NCBI GenBank assembly: GCA_040954595.2
Contig: CM082578.2
Coordinates: 10,671,166 to 10,735,165, forward strand
Length of the DNA: 64,000 bases
Source: Balanoglossus misakiensis
Lineage: Eukaryota; Animalia; Hemichordata
Direction of reading: 5' to 3'
Shown: piece by piece, positions 1 to 15,100 of the stretch
Numbering within the stretch: position 1 is the first letter of the stretch
Layout: each line of letters begins with the position of its first letter
Notes under the pieces: model-generated
Seen by the model: the letters and a program-made list of their open reading frames with translations, nothing else
Databases searched by the model: none
Told to the model about the DNA's origin: nothing
Made by a program: the position numbers and the translations under genes

Positions 1-150
1 CCCGTGCAAAGGTTTACTATGCAAGTGTAAAATTGTCTGCTGTCATCGGACGTGAATCAACGACCTCTGATGACCCGAATGTTGACCGAAAGTCTGCGGT
101 AAACAGCTATCGATTATGAAGGAACCAAACCCACAACCTCAGTCTGTAAT
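1..150 (+). mobile_element. Possible degenerate 3' end of a Penelope-like retroelement with a hammerhead-like motif
   Basis: With frameshifts the first bases read roughly R-x-KGLL-x-SV, resembling the GIY-YIG C-terminal 'NRDxGxxLPxxY' tail. This is followed by CTGATGA (67-73), 14 nt, then GAAA (88-91), the hammerhead core spacing typical of Penelope ends. Stems are imperfect. Confidence 0.3.
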
Positions 151-3100
151 ATATGTGTTGAAGATGAAAGGTTGTGTGTCCCGGGTTTAATGGTAAAGGG
201 CGCGGCGGTACGAGCTTAACAGCTTAGGGAAAAGACAGCGAAGGGAACTAATGATACAACTATGTCTTTAAGCTTCAGAACCTAATATCTTCTTGAGGCC
301 AGTCTTGATGTCCTATTGTTTTCATCGTGTTGATATTTGTTACTTAACAAACAAATTATTTTTTTCTGAGCTGATACAATCATTGACACTTGAGCACGAC
401 TAAGAGGCATTGCAGTTAAAAACAAATGATTACAAGGAGGAAATGTTTAGCGGTTGCGGTTTTTTGAGAGAAAACATGCGATCCAACACGGTTATCATGA
501 TACAAGCAGAATTCGTCACTTCCTGTCAACTCGGTTTTGAGGTCGATGTACGTTGTAAGAACTGCCAAAAACATAAAATGGCTGGAATTAGCGATCTTGT
601 CTTGAGGCAGCGGTTCACAGAGTTGCTGGATTGCTGTCCGTTTTGCCCCCAAAATTATACTTTAATTTTGATTACTGAGCACGGATGTACAAAAATAGAT
701 TGTACCAACTCCTATATTTGCAGACATGGTATCCTTTGGTGTCGTATTGTGGAACTGCGGACTGATCCCAGGATGTCTGCATAGGAAATACATATGATAA
801 ACTACTGTTAACTGTGACATAGATCAAAAGGTCGTGTAACGTGGGAGATTTATCTGTATGTTCATGTCGTCTCTCTATCTGACGGAGGTATGTTTTCAAA
901 CATTAACTCGGGTATTCTGACTGCATGACGGAGCGCGAAAAGAACTCGCGGAACGTGACCTTCTTTGCCCCCAGTCAGAGTCAGTTCGGGGGACGTCGAG
1001 TGTTAGTGATCATCTCGGTATTCGCGATGTCGTCTTGTCATCAACCATCATGAAATAACTGAAGAGTTCCCATATTGTTGTTCTGTCCGTGCACTACACT
1101 TTGTTGTCCTGGCCCGTAAACACACTGGAACACCGCGTATGTAGCTTGTATGCCCCCATACCGTGCAACATATTAACTGAAAAACCTACTCAGCCAGACG
1201 TTTATAGTTGATGGCGCGTTAAGTTAGACATAGCCTAGTACCTCGGCGTATTTTGTCCGCTTTAGACAGTGCCTCGAAACTCAAGACACTGGAACTTGTG
1301 GTCTGTATCTCCGTGATCATCCCCCCCCCCCGGCCACCGATATGCTAAAACCGGCAGTAACGCTCGGTTTGGGTCCGAGAAAACGCATAAATATATTTTC
1401 TTCCGTTCCAGTCATACTAATATTAGCCTATTCAGAACTACGTACGTAGACCACTGGATTGTTTTAAAATGCGGAACAAAGTGTAGTTGAAGGCAGATAA
1501 ATTAATATTGTAGTTCCGAAAACTAAATCTACCCACAGGGTTTATGATCCACTCTTCACACTGCCTGTAAATTTTAAAAGTCACAAATATACGGAAGTTA
1601 TAAAAAATACAGAAGTTATAAAAAATATTGTTATTTACGCCAGAATTAGAATGAAATTCGGGAAATTGCGCAAAATCCATAAAATGGCATTTGCTTCTAT
1701 CGATGTCATTCTCCTGTTAGTTGTTATGAAAGTATTTCGTTACTCCAACGTTTTGGATGCATTCAATTTATCAGTTAAATGCACCCTTCCTATGTGAGAT
1801 GAAACTTTTCGTGACCTACCCTCTGTATTTTCAGGAGATAAAAAAATGTGTTATCGGAAGCGCGCAATTCATTGATTTGCTTGGCCATCGGGCCATACCG
1901 TGCCAAATACTGAAAGTCTTAAATGTGTTTTTCTGGGAACTCAACAAAAACTTGATGGAAAATATAGACCAGAGAAGACAGCTGACAAAATACTTTCGAA
2001 AGGTCGATTTTATGCTTTCCTTGTAATATCCAGCGAGTTAAATGGGATAGTTTTATTGTAATATTATACGTCATCTGTAAGAAGAGCGCGCTGGTCAAAT
2101 TTGATTACCCATAAATAGTCAGCGAACTAGTTTGCAAACTCTCAAATATCGATGTCGTCTGTTTGCAATTGTAAATCATGAAATCTTTTGAAGAAACTCC
2201 TCCATAAATCATTGCTGACAGTATTGGCGATGGTGAAATAACTCTGTCTCCATGATGATGATGACGAATTGCTAAAAAAACTCGTCAGAGAGAAATAAAT
2301 TTCATCTGGATCCTGACGGTATACCCTTTCAACTGAAGGACTGGTCACATTCGCTTAAAAAACATGCAGTTAATTCAAAGTGTTTTACAGCAGAACATTG
2401 AAATTAAGTGCGATTTATATGCATGAGTTACTTCAACTGCTAACACCTCTGCTGATGAGGTCTCGTTATTGCCATTTGAATAATTTACAAGAATAGCAAA
2501 TCAATAGAAACGATTATTTTTTTTTTCATAGTAAAGAAAATGTATATTTCATCAGTAATGTTCATCTTTCCATTAGGATATTAATGCCACTCATTAACAC
2601 TATTAACATCTCTAAGCCGAGAATACGTTAGCTCTGTTTGAAGTAGGATATTGAATTACACGTTACGTGGATTCTTTCGTCAAAGCCAAGATAAAAGCTT
2701 GTGATGTCGAAATGTTGAAATGAAACGCATAGATGTGTAGATAGACAGACGTACCATTTTACACTGTTTGACATAACTGTGAGCAAATGAAAATATGTTG
2801 TGTTTGAAGAGAGTTTACTTGTAGGTGGGCCAACTTTCAGAGGTCTCACGAAATGTGAAAATCTCATTCGGTCACTTCACCAGTTCTACATTGCTAACAG
2901 TATGTACTCACGCAATCGCTTAGTCTCGTAAATTGCTTAACGCATAGTTCATGTTCTTTGATATACGGTGCACAGTGCACTCTTTCAAAAACCAATCGAA
3001 ACAAAGAAGGGAATATTTGTTGCCAGCTGTACTGTAAGCACAAAATATATCTGACATAAAAGGGTTTTATTATGTAACCAGATATGGAGTTATACATGCA

Positions 3101-6100
3101 TTTCAAGAATCTCCTGGTAGGAATTTGGTTTCGGTTGTGGTATACGAGGTCGGTTGGCCCTGGCATGAAGCCTGTCGTTTGTCACCATGTTTTGCCGTAC
3201 ATGGCCAAACCTATCAGTGCCAATAGCTGATAGTTGTGCACTTCACTCGAGTCTTGTAGTTTCTTTCATTGGGCACCCGCCGGGTCTCGGTCGCTCGTGT
3301 TCAACTTGAAAGCGGCTGCCTCAACTTAATGCGGAGTAAGTGGGCGACACTTTCGGTCAACTTTGGAAAGTGCAAACTCGTTAAGAATGCCAGGTATTAG
3401 TATCCATCTCGCATGAGTGAGAAATGCATCTACGGTACTTTTGAAGAAGTGCCGTTTTTGACAACTTACTTAATTGCCATCTTTTCCCCCATTATTCAGT
3501 CACGATCGCGCCGAATGCTTTCGTCACCAGAATGAGTGTCTGATTGGCCTTTTTTTCCTCCACGGAAGTTGTAAACGAAAACAAGCACTTTGTATTTATC
3601 CATACCTCACGCAATCTCACGAGAATGGGTGCCGTTGGTGTGGTGAATTAGAGAAGTTGTCATGACAACGTCCGTTTGCTTCATTTCTCATTCACGCGAA
3701 ATAAGCCCTGTGCAATTTCTGTGTGACCATACGCAGAGATGGGGGTGTCCGCGGATAGTCGACTGAATTTTCCAACTTACTGCAGTCGAATCCATCCAAG
3801 AGTCTTGTGTTTGTCAAAACCATGTTTATGGTAATTGGACTTGTAATACAATTTGGAAGTGGTTCGGATTGCACGTGTTGTGAACCTCAACTTTGAAAAG
3901 CCAAGTGATATATATACACACACACGTATGAACGTCACGTGCATATCATTAAACAGTTCTTGAATGGAAACACCAGCAATTGGAATACGAAATGGTCGTT
4001 TTCATTATTGTCCTTGAAAATAGAAAGCTAAAAGGAATATCGGTAGTTGTGAAGTCTCCTGCATCTGTGAAGCAGACGAGCACGTACCCACTTCTCGATT
4101 ATTCCGAAAGTTGACGTCATATTGGATATACCACCGTGATCTGCCACATACTACATCCGTTGAGCCGATAGCGCCTGAAACTACCAATAGAGGCTGTTTT
4201 GAAAAGGCATCAACTCAACTGATGATATAATACACAATTCTCGAGGTGACATAGGCGATAACGAGGTATACTGTCATTTGGAAAAAATGGACCACGCACA
4301 GCGTAATCATTCTAATGAGGCCATCTAAAAGCGACGGTTCGATTGATTGCGTACAAATAAAATGACAATTTTGAAATGTTAAAAGCTTTTACGGGGTTGC
4401 CACTGGTGTCTCGTCTTCCGGCTGAGTGCATTGGCACGTTTACAAAGCTTTCAATTTTCAGTTATCATTTTTATAACGCTTTCTTTTCTTCCGTAACTGG
4501 TCCGCCGTGGTACATGACAGGAACTCTCTGAAAACCATCCGTCGGGCTGGCCACGTGCCCGAAGTCGTGTCCGTCCATAATCATATAAGTGAGATTGAAT
4601 GTACTTTTTGGAAATGTGGATTAGAAACGAACTTTTTATCTTTACACTCGATGTCAGCTTGCCACATTACGTGGATTTCTAATATATTATCTGGCGATAC
4701 CGAGTTTACTCGAAGTAGTCTTACATATAAACTTCTGGCACTATCTGAAGACGAAACGCTACAGACGTGATCGTTTGAACAACCTGATATTTCAACGTTG
4801 GTGTCTGATATTGTTATTGCGGTATAAAAAGCCATCGGCGCTTAGCAAGTAAGCACAGTCTAATACACTACTTGAAAAATTGGGCTGCAGGAGATTTTTT
4901 CGATTTAATACCTGTTTTTCCTCTTGTGCCGCAAAGACAAAGTAAATAAATCGGCTTAGTTTCTCTATCAAACATTCATGTTTTGATTCCATGAGAATAT
5001 AAAACATACATTTGATGTAGGTGGATCTAAAAATCTTGTGGAATAACACTTTTTCTCAGCTTTGTACACATTAAATGCACTAAGTACAGATAAGATAAGA
5101 TAGTACTCAGTGTGTCTCTGACATCCGGGTACTTGGGTTCTTTCCCATTGTGATACGCCGGTGGATGGCTTGACGGCATGAGACAACTCTGAATATTTTT
5201 TTTCTCTTGATCACGTGCAAATGTAGTCTTCAAAATTAACTGTGAGCATCACCAATGCTCACAATTTCACGTTACAAGACAAACTGCAGCTGGTTATACT
5301 GAGAGATTGCTTTTTACTTAATTACCTTCTCGCGCTCGGATCGTACCCATCATGCAAAGCGAAATGGCACCGGCTTCGCTTGTATTAGCGAAGGGTCTCG
5401 CACGTGTACTCAAAGTAAGGCTTACAAAAATCATCGACAACAACAACAGCAGTAGTAGTAGTAAGGAACATCTCTTGAGAAGGAAACAGGAAATTGGTTT
5501 GCTTATTGAGCTTACGCACTGCAGGGCACAAAATTGAATGTGGTGAGCTGAAGCTCATGCGCAGACTTTGAACGTGTACCACTTCGGTTTGTTTGTGCTG
5601 ATGATGATAAATTGCTATCACGAACATGTATTTAATTTTAGGATGAGTAAATCAATTCTGGCTGCCTTTGATTAGTGCTAGGGGGTCAAATCACGTTATA
5701 ATAATTGCTGTAGTTAGAGATAGAAGAAATGATAAGCAAAAGTCGGCCATCTTGAAATTGCGTCGACCATATGAGATTTCACCACTCACCTAGGTAGAAA
5801 AGGCTATTTAAGGTATGGAGAATTGCCCAAAACAGTTTGCATTTGACATATATCACCCATTGGACAAAATTAGTTCTTTGGCATAATTTGAAGTGGTTTG
5901 GTAAAGCTTGGGGATTTTCGTCACACTGAGTCCCTCGGAGAGACAGTGGCCCTTGTAACATCTCCCCCGGCGGTTGGGCGAATTTCATCGGGTAGATGCT
6001 GTATAAGAATGCCGTGCACTATCACCCTCTTGTGAGACACGTTACCTGATATGTACAGAACAGACGTCAATGATCTCTATCTCATCGCGTCGAAGAAGAC

Positions 6101-9100
6101 ATTACACGTGTCACTTCATTTCAAAGTGATGACTCAGTCTATGTGCCTGTTGCTTTACAAGAGGCCGTGCCTCAACCCAGTCACGTGTCAAAGCTTTCTG
6201 TCAAAGCTTCACGACTAAACGACACCATCTTCCCGAGCAAACAAAGGGCTACTTTCATATGGGACTAGCTGCAATGATTTTAGCGGTTGCTGCTAGTTTG
6301 ATCATGTTTGTACGCAGCACAATCGAACAAAAATCGTCAACCTAGCACAGCACCCGCTACAATCATTGCAATCATTTTTGACAGACGGGAAAGCAAGTGA
6401 TACAATACAGACGCGGCCAATTCGTTTAGTAACATCTCGTCAATCATGTTCAGGCAATGACGTTACTGACGAAAATGAAGATGTATTCCCAGGAATATTA
6501 CACGTCGTTCACTAACACCTTTACAACTTGGGTGAAGTGTCTGTATATGCGTTGCTGCTTCCCCGATGTTAATGAAAATGAATGTATTTTAAGGAGTGCT
6601 TCGCCTTGAAAATAAAAAAACTCGCGCGTTCGCTCACGTTTGCTAAGAACAATTTCGAGCCACCTGAAGTCAAAAATAGACAAGAGGTCGCCCTATATTT
6701 TGAGCAGGCGGCAACATCATCTCAGAAGTGCCCTTGTTGAAATCCAAAATGGCCGACAAATTACGTGTTAATTCCTTTTATTTGGCATACATATATCGGG
6801 TTTCTAGGTCGATAGAAGCGTAACCTCGCAACCTTTTAAACGGGCCATAATGAAAAATTGCCGTTGAGCTTTCGGGTTAATTGTCGCTGGCTCCTCCGTG
6901 CAAACATTTTAATCGCTCGGCATGATGGCGACGTGACGACTCTGCTGTATCTTATCTCACGCCCACTGTTGCCATTGGCAAGTCGATAGCTTTTCGCGCG
7001 GCTGTGGCATTTCTGTTTCGTGTGGGAAGTTGTTTATGGCACACTGGACACGAAATTATGCTAAATAGCTGGTTATCAGGAATCTACCTGCGCTCCGTTA
7101 ACGTTTGAAAATTAACATTCAGCTATTTTAATATTTAACTATATTGTTCATGATATACCAGAAGTCACGTGAGTGAAATACTGCGTGATATGGACATTAC
7201 CGTGCGAAACGAGACCAAGATATTGAATTCAACCCCGACAAGTCTGGGTTTTGTCCTGTTTTCGCATGGAAGTACACACATAATTTTGTGATAGCGTGTA
7301 CATTTGTCGCTGTCAAGATACATGTCGTCTGCGCCAATGTTTTAAATCGATACCATTGACGTGACCTCATCGTCAGTATCGCGAGGGCTCTTGTAGTTTT
7401 CTATCTACAGTCTCCCCCAATTAGGTCTGCGCTAAAACAGCGCGTGAGCCAGTGTCACGCTACATGTGAAACACATGTCGAAGATTGTCCATCGCGCCTG
7501 GAAAGCAGTTTTTCACACATTCCAGACACTATTGTTATCAAATCCCCCTCTTTTGCACACTAGACCAGTGACTCGTGTTGATAATTTCGTGTCACGACGG
7601 CTGGGGTCTGCTCGTATAACCAACATGTTACCGCCTGTTTCAAATATATCGTATACAGTCAAATAAAAAAATGAATCTTCAAACAAAACGCGTGAAGGTG
7701 AGAGGCAACTGAACCATGTTTGCCCTATCTTTAAAAAACAGAATCACCTGTCCCAAGACAAAAGTAGAAGTGGCAGGGACCGACATTTTGACGTGTGATT
7801 GTCGCGTCTGATGAAATATTGAGGCAGCCAATGAAAAGCAGCTTAAACGATATAACGACATAACCCGTATCCCCCGGCCCGATGGATCGCGTTTATGAAG
7901 AATTCATCTCAGTTTTCATGATGCTAGTATATAGGTCCACGTGCATAATTAATTAATTATAGTCGTCGATTCATCTGTGTTGTAACAATTCATTCAATAA
8001 TTTACTGTCATATAACGATAAACTACACATTGTACAGGCGAAGAAACAGTCCCGGGGATAAGTTACTTTCTTCGCACATCCTGATTTTTATATTAGATAC
8101 AGTCACAAGTGAGGTGCAGCATAACCTGTTTTAGGGCGACGATCGTCTTATGCGCATGTGCCACACCAGAGACTCGTGTTACAACAAATGTACAGTCAAT
8201 GCTATAGGACAGTGTGTCGTCCTAACAACAGGCAAGATGGCGGCGACCATAGTCTGTGTCGGAGATCGGGAAAAAAGCAACAAACTGGGTGAAAAGAAGG
8301 GACAGAACTTATACGGTGCGCATGAAATATGGAGAGAGGCGAAAACGGGCCACTATTTGAATGCGTCGAACGCAAAATTTGCAGAGCAATGATGTAATGG
8401 ATGTAATATTTGTACGCACGAAATCAAACACCTGCGCATGAGACGATCGGCGGCTTTTATCTATGAAAAGTCCGGTAATTTCTGTGACTTCAGCCTGGGC
8501 AAGGCAGAAATGCAGAAAATATTGCCCAGAGATGCATGATAGAAGAATGTTATGCGTTATCACTTGCACAACGTATGTGGTGGTTTATTTGGGGGGACAA
8601 CAAAAATAGAACAATGATTTACATTTATTGTAGGCCATGCAGTGTTCAAAATCTTTACTTCATTTGAGGTTTTGCGCTTGATGATGTATCCAAGGGAACC
8701 AACCCGGTCAGTGGTTTCAGATATTTCCGGTTAGGAAGACACCAGATCCAGAATAATCCCTTCTTGATAATTTGATAATGTCAGTTACTAATACATGTGT
8801 ATGATAAGGCTTAATCATCTAAAATTTATCTCTTTCGAAAGCCTGTGGATACGAGGGAAACCAGTTTACTCGCAGTCGGCCTGAAAGAAGCGGCGTTATC
8901 TTTCCGATTTTCAATGGCGGACACAAAAAGGAACATTACTCCGTGTTGGCGGACCTTGCAGCACAGACGAGGTTTTGTGACGAGGCACGATTATTTAGAA
9001 AGTTCACCTGTCCGCGAATGAATGAGCGAAGGGTGGGGGGATTTCGAGGAGTGTACCGTTAGTCGCAATTATTGAAGGAAATTGCTGAAATGATTGTATA

Positions 9101-12100
9101 AATTAAGACTATAATTGTTTTATTTCAAAACGTTTTCGGATACGACCACACTTTGTTGACTGGGAAGAAATTTCAAACAGAAAAAGGCAAGCACGTTTTT
9201 CGAAAATAAATGGAAAACTAATATCTCACACAAGGAAAGTTGAATTGCCACTGGCACTTGTAGGTGATGAAATCACAAGTTGATTGTGTACATTTCTAAT
9301 ATGTACGCGTTTACAATCAGCTTCAATCTTCGGTGCGCGACCGCCTACCAACGCAAACAACTGTTTAAGTTAACAGCAGGCCCTTGGGGCATTTGTCGCC
9401 TGAAAGCAACGACATTCAAACGAAGTCACTGAAGACGACTGCACGTCTACAGATTTTCCCAAGACGTACAACTAATGAGTTTCTCCATTCTACAGCGTCT
9501 GCGAGCACATGGAAGTCTCCGGCGTTCCTTTGAATTAACCCATGCTTTGGGTACTTGACTGATTCGTCACCGTGCATTGCCTCGGGAGGGTGTGAGATTG
9601 GCAATACTAAAACCTGCAGTGGGTCTGAAATAACTTAATAATAAGAGGCGTTATTTTCGCAGATAATATTTAAAACCGTACATTCTGAGTTCTGACTTAA
9701 ACAACGCGATAAATGCTGTGGCGCGATATTCTCAGGCTGCGTTTTCTGCTTTGTTTGATATTCAGGTTTTTGACAGCATCGATCTGGGTGTGGGCGTTTC
9801 GATTATTTTAGAACCGACAATTTACGTGTATTTTTTAAACCAGAGAACCGAGAATAGACTGAACCAACATAGTGCATGTTAAGGTCTGAGTTTTAGAAAT
9901 TTTCGCGAACAGCATGGCCCAATTTATCTGCCGCTTTCTTTAATGGCATTTTTGCTAGGCAACATGTCTGTGGCGATCTGTTCATCTCAGCATCTGTGTG
10001 ACCAGCTCAGATTGTCATATGAGTTCGTACTTTTCTCACCAAACATACTACTAACTATACTAACGACCATATATTGGGAAAACACGACTGGGATATTTTT
10101 GTACGCTCAAATTTACCCTTATGGCTTTTCCCCCAACAATGCGAATAAATATCTCTGGTGAGTAAAATAACACATGGTAACCTCATTCTGGAACGAATCT
10201 AAAAGACACAGCTATGCCGAGTCTTTGACCGGAGATTCGAGGTTGGATGACCTAGAACATCGGATATGAGGAAATAATTGAAGTTTGGCTGCAAGGTCAT
10301 GTATGCCAGATAAGCCTGAATACAGTGATAACGTTTTAAGGAAAGGGAGAATTGTTATTTTTTCAAGTCACCATCACCTTCAATAGGAATAATATAAACA
10401 TTGACCGTAAATATTTATCAACTGCAATTTTCTCGTTCAACAAGCTATATGTAAAACATGATGGACATAAACCCAATGCGCATGGTCAGCCTTGTTGTAT
10501 TTGAAAATTGAATTTTAATAGGTCAAAACCGGAGTGGCCTGTTCGCTATTTTGTTCTGTATCTTTCTCCCATGTTTCAACTCCGGTTTCTCGTTCTACGG
10601 TGGATAGCTTCATGAAATATGTAGTCTGTTGCTTCTCAACATAGCCTTGTGTGAATAGCGGCCAGTCAATCAACACATGAGACAATTCCACCGATGGTTC
10701 GCTAGGTAGCAAGGTAGCAAGCGAGTGAGGTAATAAGCTTTGGTATAGACTGGCCACTAATTAGGCCTTGGCGACTATATTGCCGTCGCCCTGAATATCG
10801 AAACGGTATCCCGATCTTTTCACGCAGAGTTTCCCCGAGGGGAGAATCGCTAGTCTTTGTATGCTTAACTGAAAGCGCCCCTGAATTCATGAGGGCTGCG
10901 CATTACACTGGATTGGGAGCAAGAACTTTGTCAGTTAAAGACAGGGGTCATTATCCGCATGATCCGCGTGTGTGGGAAAGCGGCCAACCACATCGACCTC
11001 TTTTTTTGCGATTATACAATCGAAAACACTCACACTTTAGGCCCACACCACCTATTTGCACATCTGTTAATAAGTTGTAATTGTCCACGGCGGCGGTGCT
11101 TCTCCTTGCGTGTTCATCTGCGACTCGCTGGTCTATTCTTGGCTTTAACAATTGCATTAGAATCAGGTTACCTTTGCCTCAGGCGAAAACAGAATACCCC
11201 GTCCGGACATTAAAATAACCTAATGCTGCACGAACGCTTCGGTGCAAAAAATGACCGGTTGAATTCGAAGTCAGGATATGCCCAAGGTTTTGTACAGCGA
11301 TCCATGGATGGGGAAAGACTAATGCATCATGTTTTGCCTAAGGGGAGTATAATTTACGGGAAGTTTGAGTGAAGTTTGATAGTATTACGAAGAGAATCAA
11401 TACACAGGAACGTGGTTCAATGCCACTTCAATCGGGATTTCAATGATATGTCTACTAAGCAGGCAACATGCATTTATTTGTACAAACAGGATATGACATG
11501 TTTCCACGCGAATGGAAGGAAATCCTCACGGATATGTTACTGCCATCGGGATAAATATATCATCTAATTACTTTTAATCCAGAGACAATATCATTTCCAT
11601 ATTTGCATCATCGATCAAGAAACGGCAGGGCTCTTGATGTAGCAAGTGTTTGCTCACGGAATAGCTGTTTTGTATCTCCTGTTCTGTTCTGTTGCTGCAG
11701 CCTTTCTTCGGATCATGCGCAAAGATCATTCCATTGCGGGTTTTGTTTTTCAATGTCCCACGATGATACTCTGCTCATAGCGGGATGGTAATTGACAGGT
11801 GACGTCACCAGTGAACGTCTGCCAGTGACTGACGGCAGCTTTTTCTCCTGAGAGGCGTGCGAACAATTCCATCTTGTGATAACCATTAATATTGACTTTC
11901 TCTCAGCAACGGTAGCGCACAAATAACCGAAGGCTATTATGGCGCTAAAGGACGAATGAAGACCTTCCATGTTTTTGGAAGCACTTACAGATTATTTGAT
12001 TTCTAAACAGTTTCAGTCCGACGGTGGGTGATTTCAAAAGTAGTCCGCTGTAACAACAACTAAATAAAGTAAAGAGGTCGGTGGGACTCTGTGTGGGTAG

Positions 12101-15100
12101 ACGATTAACGCGCAACACTGTGGCAGTAACAACATGTACTTGACTAATTTGTTCAGTTGACACTGCGGTGTTTGCCGAGATGTGGCATGTCAATTTGCAC
12201 TTAATCAAGGTGGCGTGGAATTCAGAGCACTTCAATATATTGTCCCGGCACAAATAATTGCTGTTGAAAACACGCATAGGCTTGAAAAGGTAACGCGAAC
12301 AGGAACGTCATAAAACACACAGAATCATTTGCATTCAGTGCTGGCGAATAATCTCATTTGTTCACTTTCGACGATGAGGCTTCAGTTATGTCATCATCAT
12401 CAACGCCCGCTTTCCACAGTGTTATGACTGAACATCGTTCGGTGAGAGACTGTACAAAGCAAATTGTACAAGCTGTTAAATACCCTATTGTGCGATCGGG
12501 GAAAGGGAGCAATATTTGTAGGTTGTAAAGATGTGAAAGTATTTTTGCTTAAAAAGGACACTTAAAAGGGGTATTTCAAGAATGGACAGATGTGTGGGGG
12601 AAAAATGATGGGAATGTCTTTCAAGCTTATTCTGTGTCGAAGACTGTTTTCTAGGCAGAGCCACAGTCCCTCCATCAATTTGTGAAGGTACCGTGTATGC
12701 GACAGCTTGTTTCAACATGGACAAACACGGAGTCCCCAATGTTGTGACGTATGTCTGACCGGTTACTAGGCAACAAGATATTAGAGTAAAATATCTCTAT
12801 CGCCATAGTTTCATTTTCCGTTAGTCTGATGAGCTATTTGATATCCTCGGCGCAATTTGATCCTCACAATGCACTCTGGAGATTTTACGGTATTTGACGT
12901 TTTGCCTGTGCACCTCTCTGAGTGATATTATGATGGTCACAATAATATCATGGTAATGTAATCTGCCTTTACGCGGAGAATGGAACCTGATCTGGCTCAT
13001 AGAAAAATAGCGAAGTAACGACACTCGATTTCAGAATTTAGGCCTGCATGGACTTCGTTACAGGTCAAGGATGATTTCTCTCTAGATATTATCCGTCACA
13101 TATCAAATGGAAAGATCGGCGATGTTGACTGTCAAATATAAATGGCGTCAAATGTACAGGACGTGGCAAGTACGCCTAGTTATCGCGCGGAGAAAAATAA
13201 TTCAGTTCCACCAATGACTGCCCGCCTAATCGGAACAAGAGAAACCGATCCTGCTTGATGGAGATCTTCTGAGCTTAGAAGCCGAAGCATTGCGGTGATA
13301 ATAAGATGCATTAATGATCAAGCTTTACATACTGTCATACATACATTATTAAACAGCAGACAAGTGCAGTCGACAACATCATTACATGTGATGTCCTTAC
13401 GTCATGAAAACCTCGTCACTATATCATGATTCTCAGAACAAGCAGGCATAAAACCTGTTTTCCCCGAGTATTATCCATTTCATTTCGAGAAATCATCTCC
13501 GCAGGCCATTAATAAGCAAAGTTGTAAATGTCATGAGGAGGTAAAGATGACAACATCTTTTAAGTCACGGTGCTGCCGTGAATGAAGGCTGCATTTCCAC
13601 GCTGTCAAAACCTGATTACAGGTTGACCAATAAAAACGGTAATATGTCAGGGTTGGTTCATCACCGCGGCCACGAGGGAAATATAAATACCATATAGTGA
13701 AGAGGCACCCGAGACTCTCAAACATTGTTTTAATACGTTTCCCTTTCTTTCGGCACTTGTAAAACTCGCAAGAAAATTGGAGAGACGATGGTATGTTATT
13801 AGATCACTAAGTGTACGTGAAGTATCGTGTTAAGTCGAAAGTCAGTCCTCCGAGCTCAAGGCTGTCACTCGATTCTGCCGCACATCTTTATCGATCAAGA
13901 TGGCTCCCCCCCCCCCTCCCCGAGATCTTCGAGAGTTTTTGTACACGGAAGCTTGGGATGTCCCTTTCAGTGTTCAAGCAGTGATGGCTGCAATTACAAT
14001 TTGCCAAAATAACCAGAACAATAAAATAAGCAAACAATTCAAATTTACCACAGAAACTCTGATGTTGACTTTTCAACATTACTCTGGTTTTTGATCATGT
14101 CTGGAGATTTCAATTGTCCGTGTAAGGTGGGAATCAAGCCTGAACTTGTGTATTTTGCAAATCCGACAGCAGCTACGAAAGCCAGCGTATCACACTCACT
14201 ATTATGCCGGCATGTTGTTTTAATAATTAATAATTAATGCTCTGATTATAATTAATTAATAAAATGGCTGTGTCAGAACTACTCTTAAATCGCAATTAAG
14301 GAATATTAAAGTTCTAATTTGTGAAAATGCTGGCTGTCCATCCTGCCACATATCCACCCTGAACTATACACGCTTATTAAACGCGAGTTAATATGTGACA
14401 TGCCTAAATCATATTCATGGCGAATCGCCCTGGATATGATACGGGCATTCATTTGCATAGGAAGCCGTTGCAATCGTGATGAAACAATAGACCACGCTGA
14501 ATGAGGCCGTTGATGACGTCACGGCTTTTCATCGACAAAGACTAATTAAGATCGCTCAAGTACAATTTACTTTAATGCATCCAATAAAGTCTAATTACAG
14601 GATATTGCCGACTTAAACCAATCAGATATTAGTCACGATCGACATTATACTAGTATGTACGGTAAATTTACGCATTTCTGGGAATTCATTTAACCCTCAC
14701 CGAACTGAGACTGCACACGTGAAGACTTCATGCATGTATGATGAAATAATAGCAACCCGCATTTGTCGGAGAATAATTCTTTGCGCGGTTACCGACCGAC
14801 CTTTATTTATCATCGTTTTATGCAAGCATCGCTTTCTTTTAATGAGAATTTTAATCTTTCAAGCCTGACTTCTTGATGTAATACCTTTTGTCCACTTGAA
14901 TGGACAAGAAATCAACAGCGCATAAATGTCGCATCAGACAAAATTAGCTCGAGAAAGGAAAGCAGTTGTTCCCTCTAGTGAAATTCATCAGATTTCATTA
15001 TTTTGTTCTTTGTCGACAGACTGACTTTCCACACGACGTTGTCTTCGTCTCCTGGTGCCGCGAGCTGCGCATGCTCGTTAATAATGCGTCGTGCGTCCAA

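Noticed and set aside
410-784. 124-aa Cys-rich ORF
   Set aside because: TTG start, no recognisable domain and no convincing splice context; probably chance or repeat debris.
4507-5233. Cluster of overlapping short minus-strand ORFs
   Set aside because: No family motifs could be recognised in any frame.
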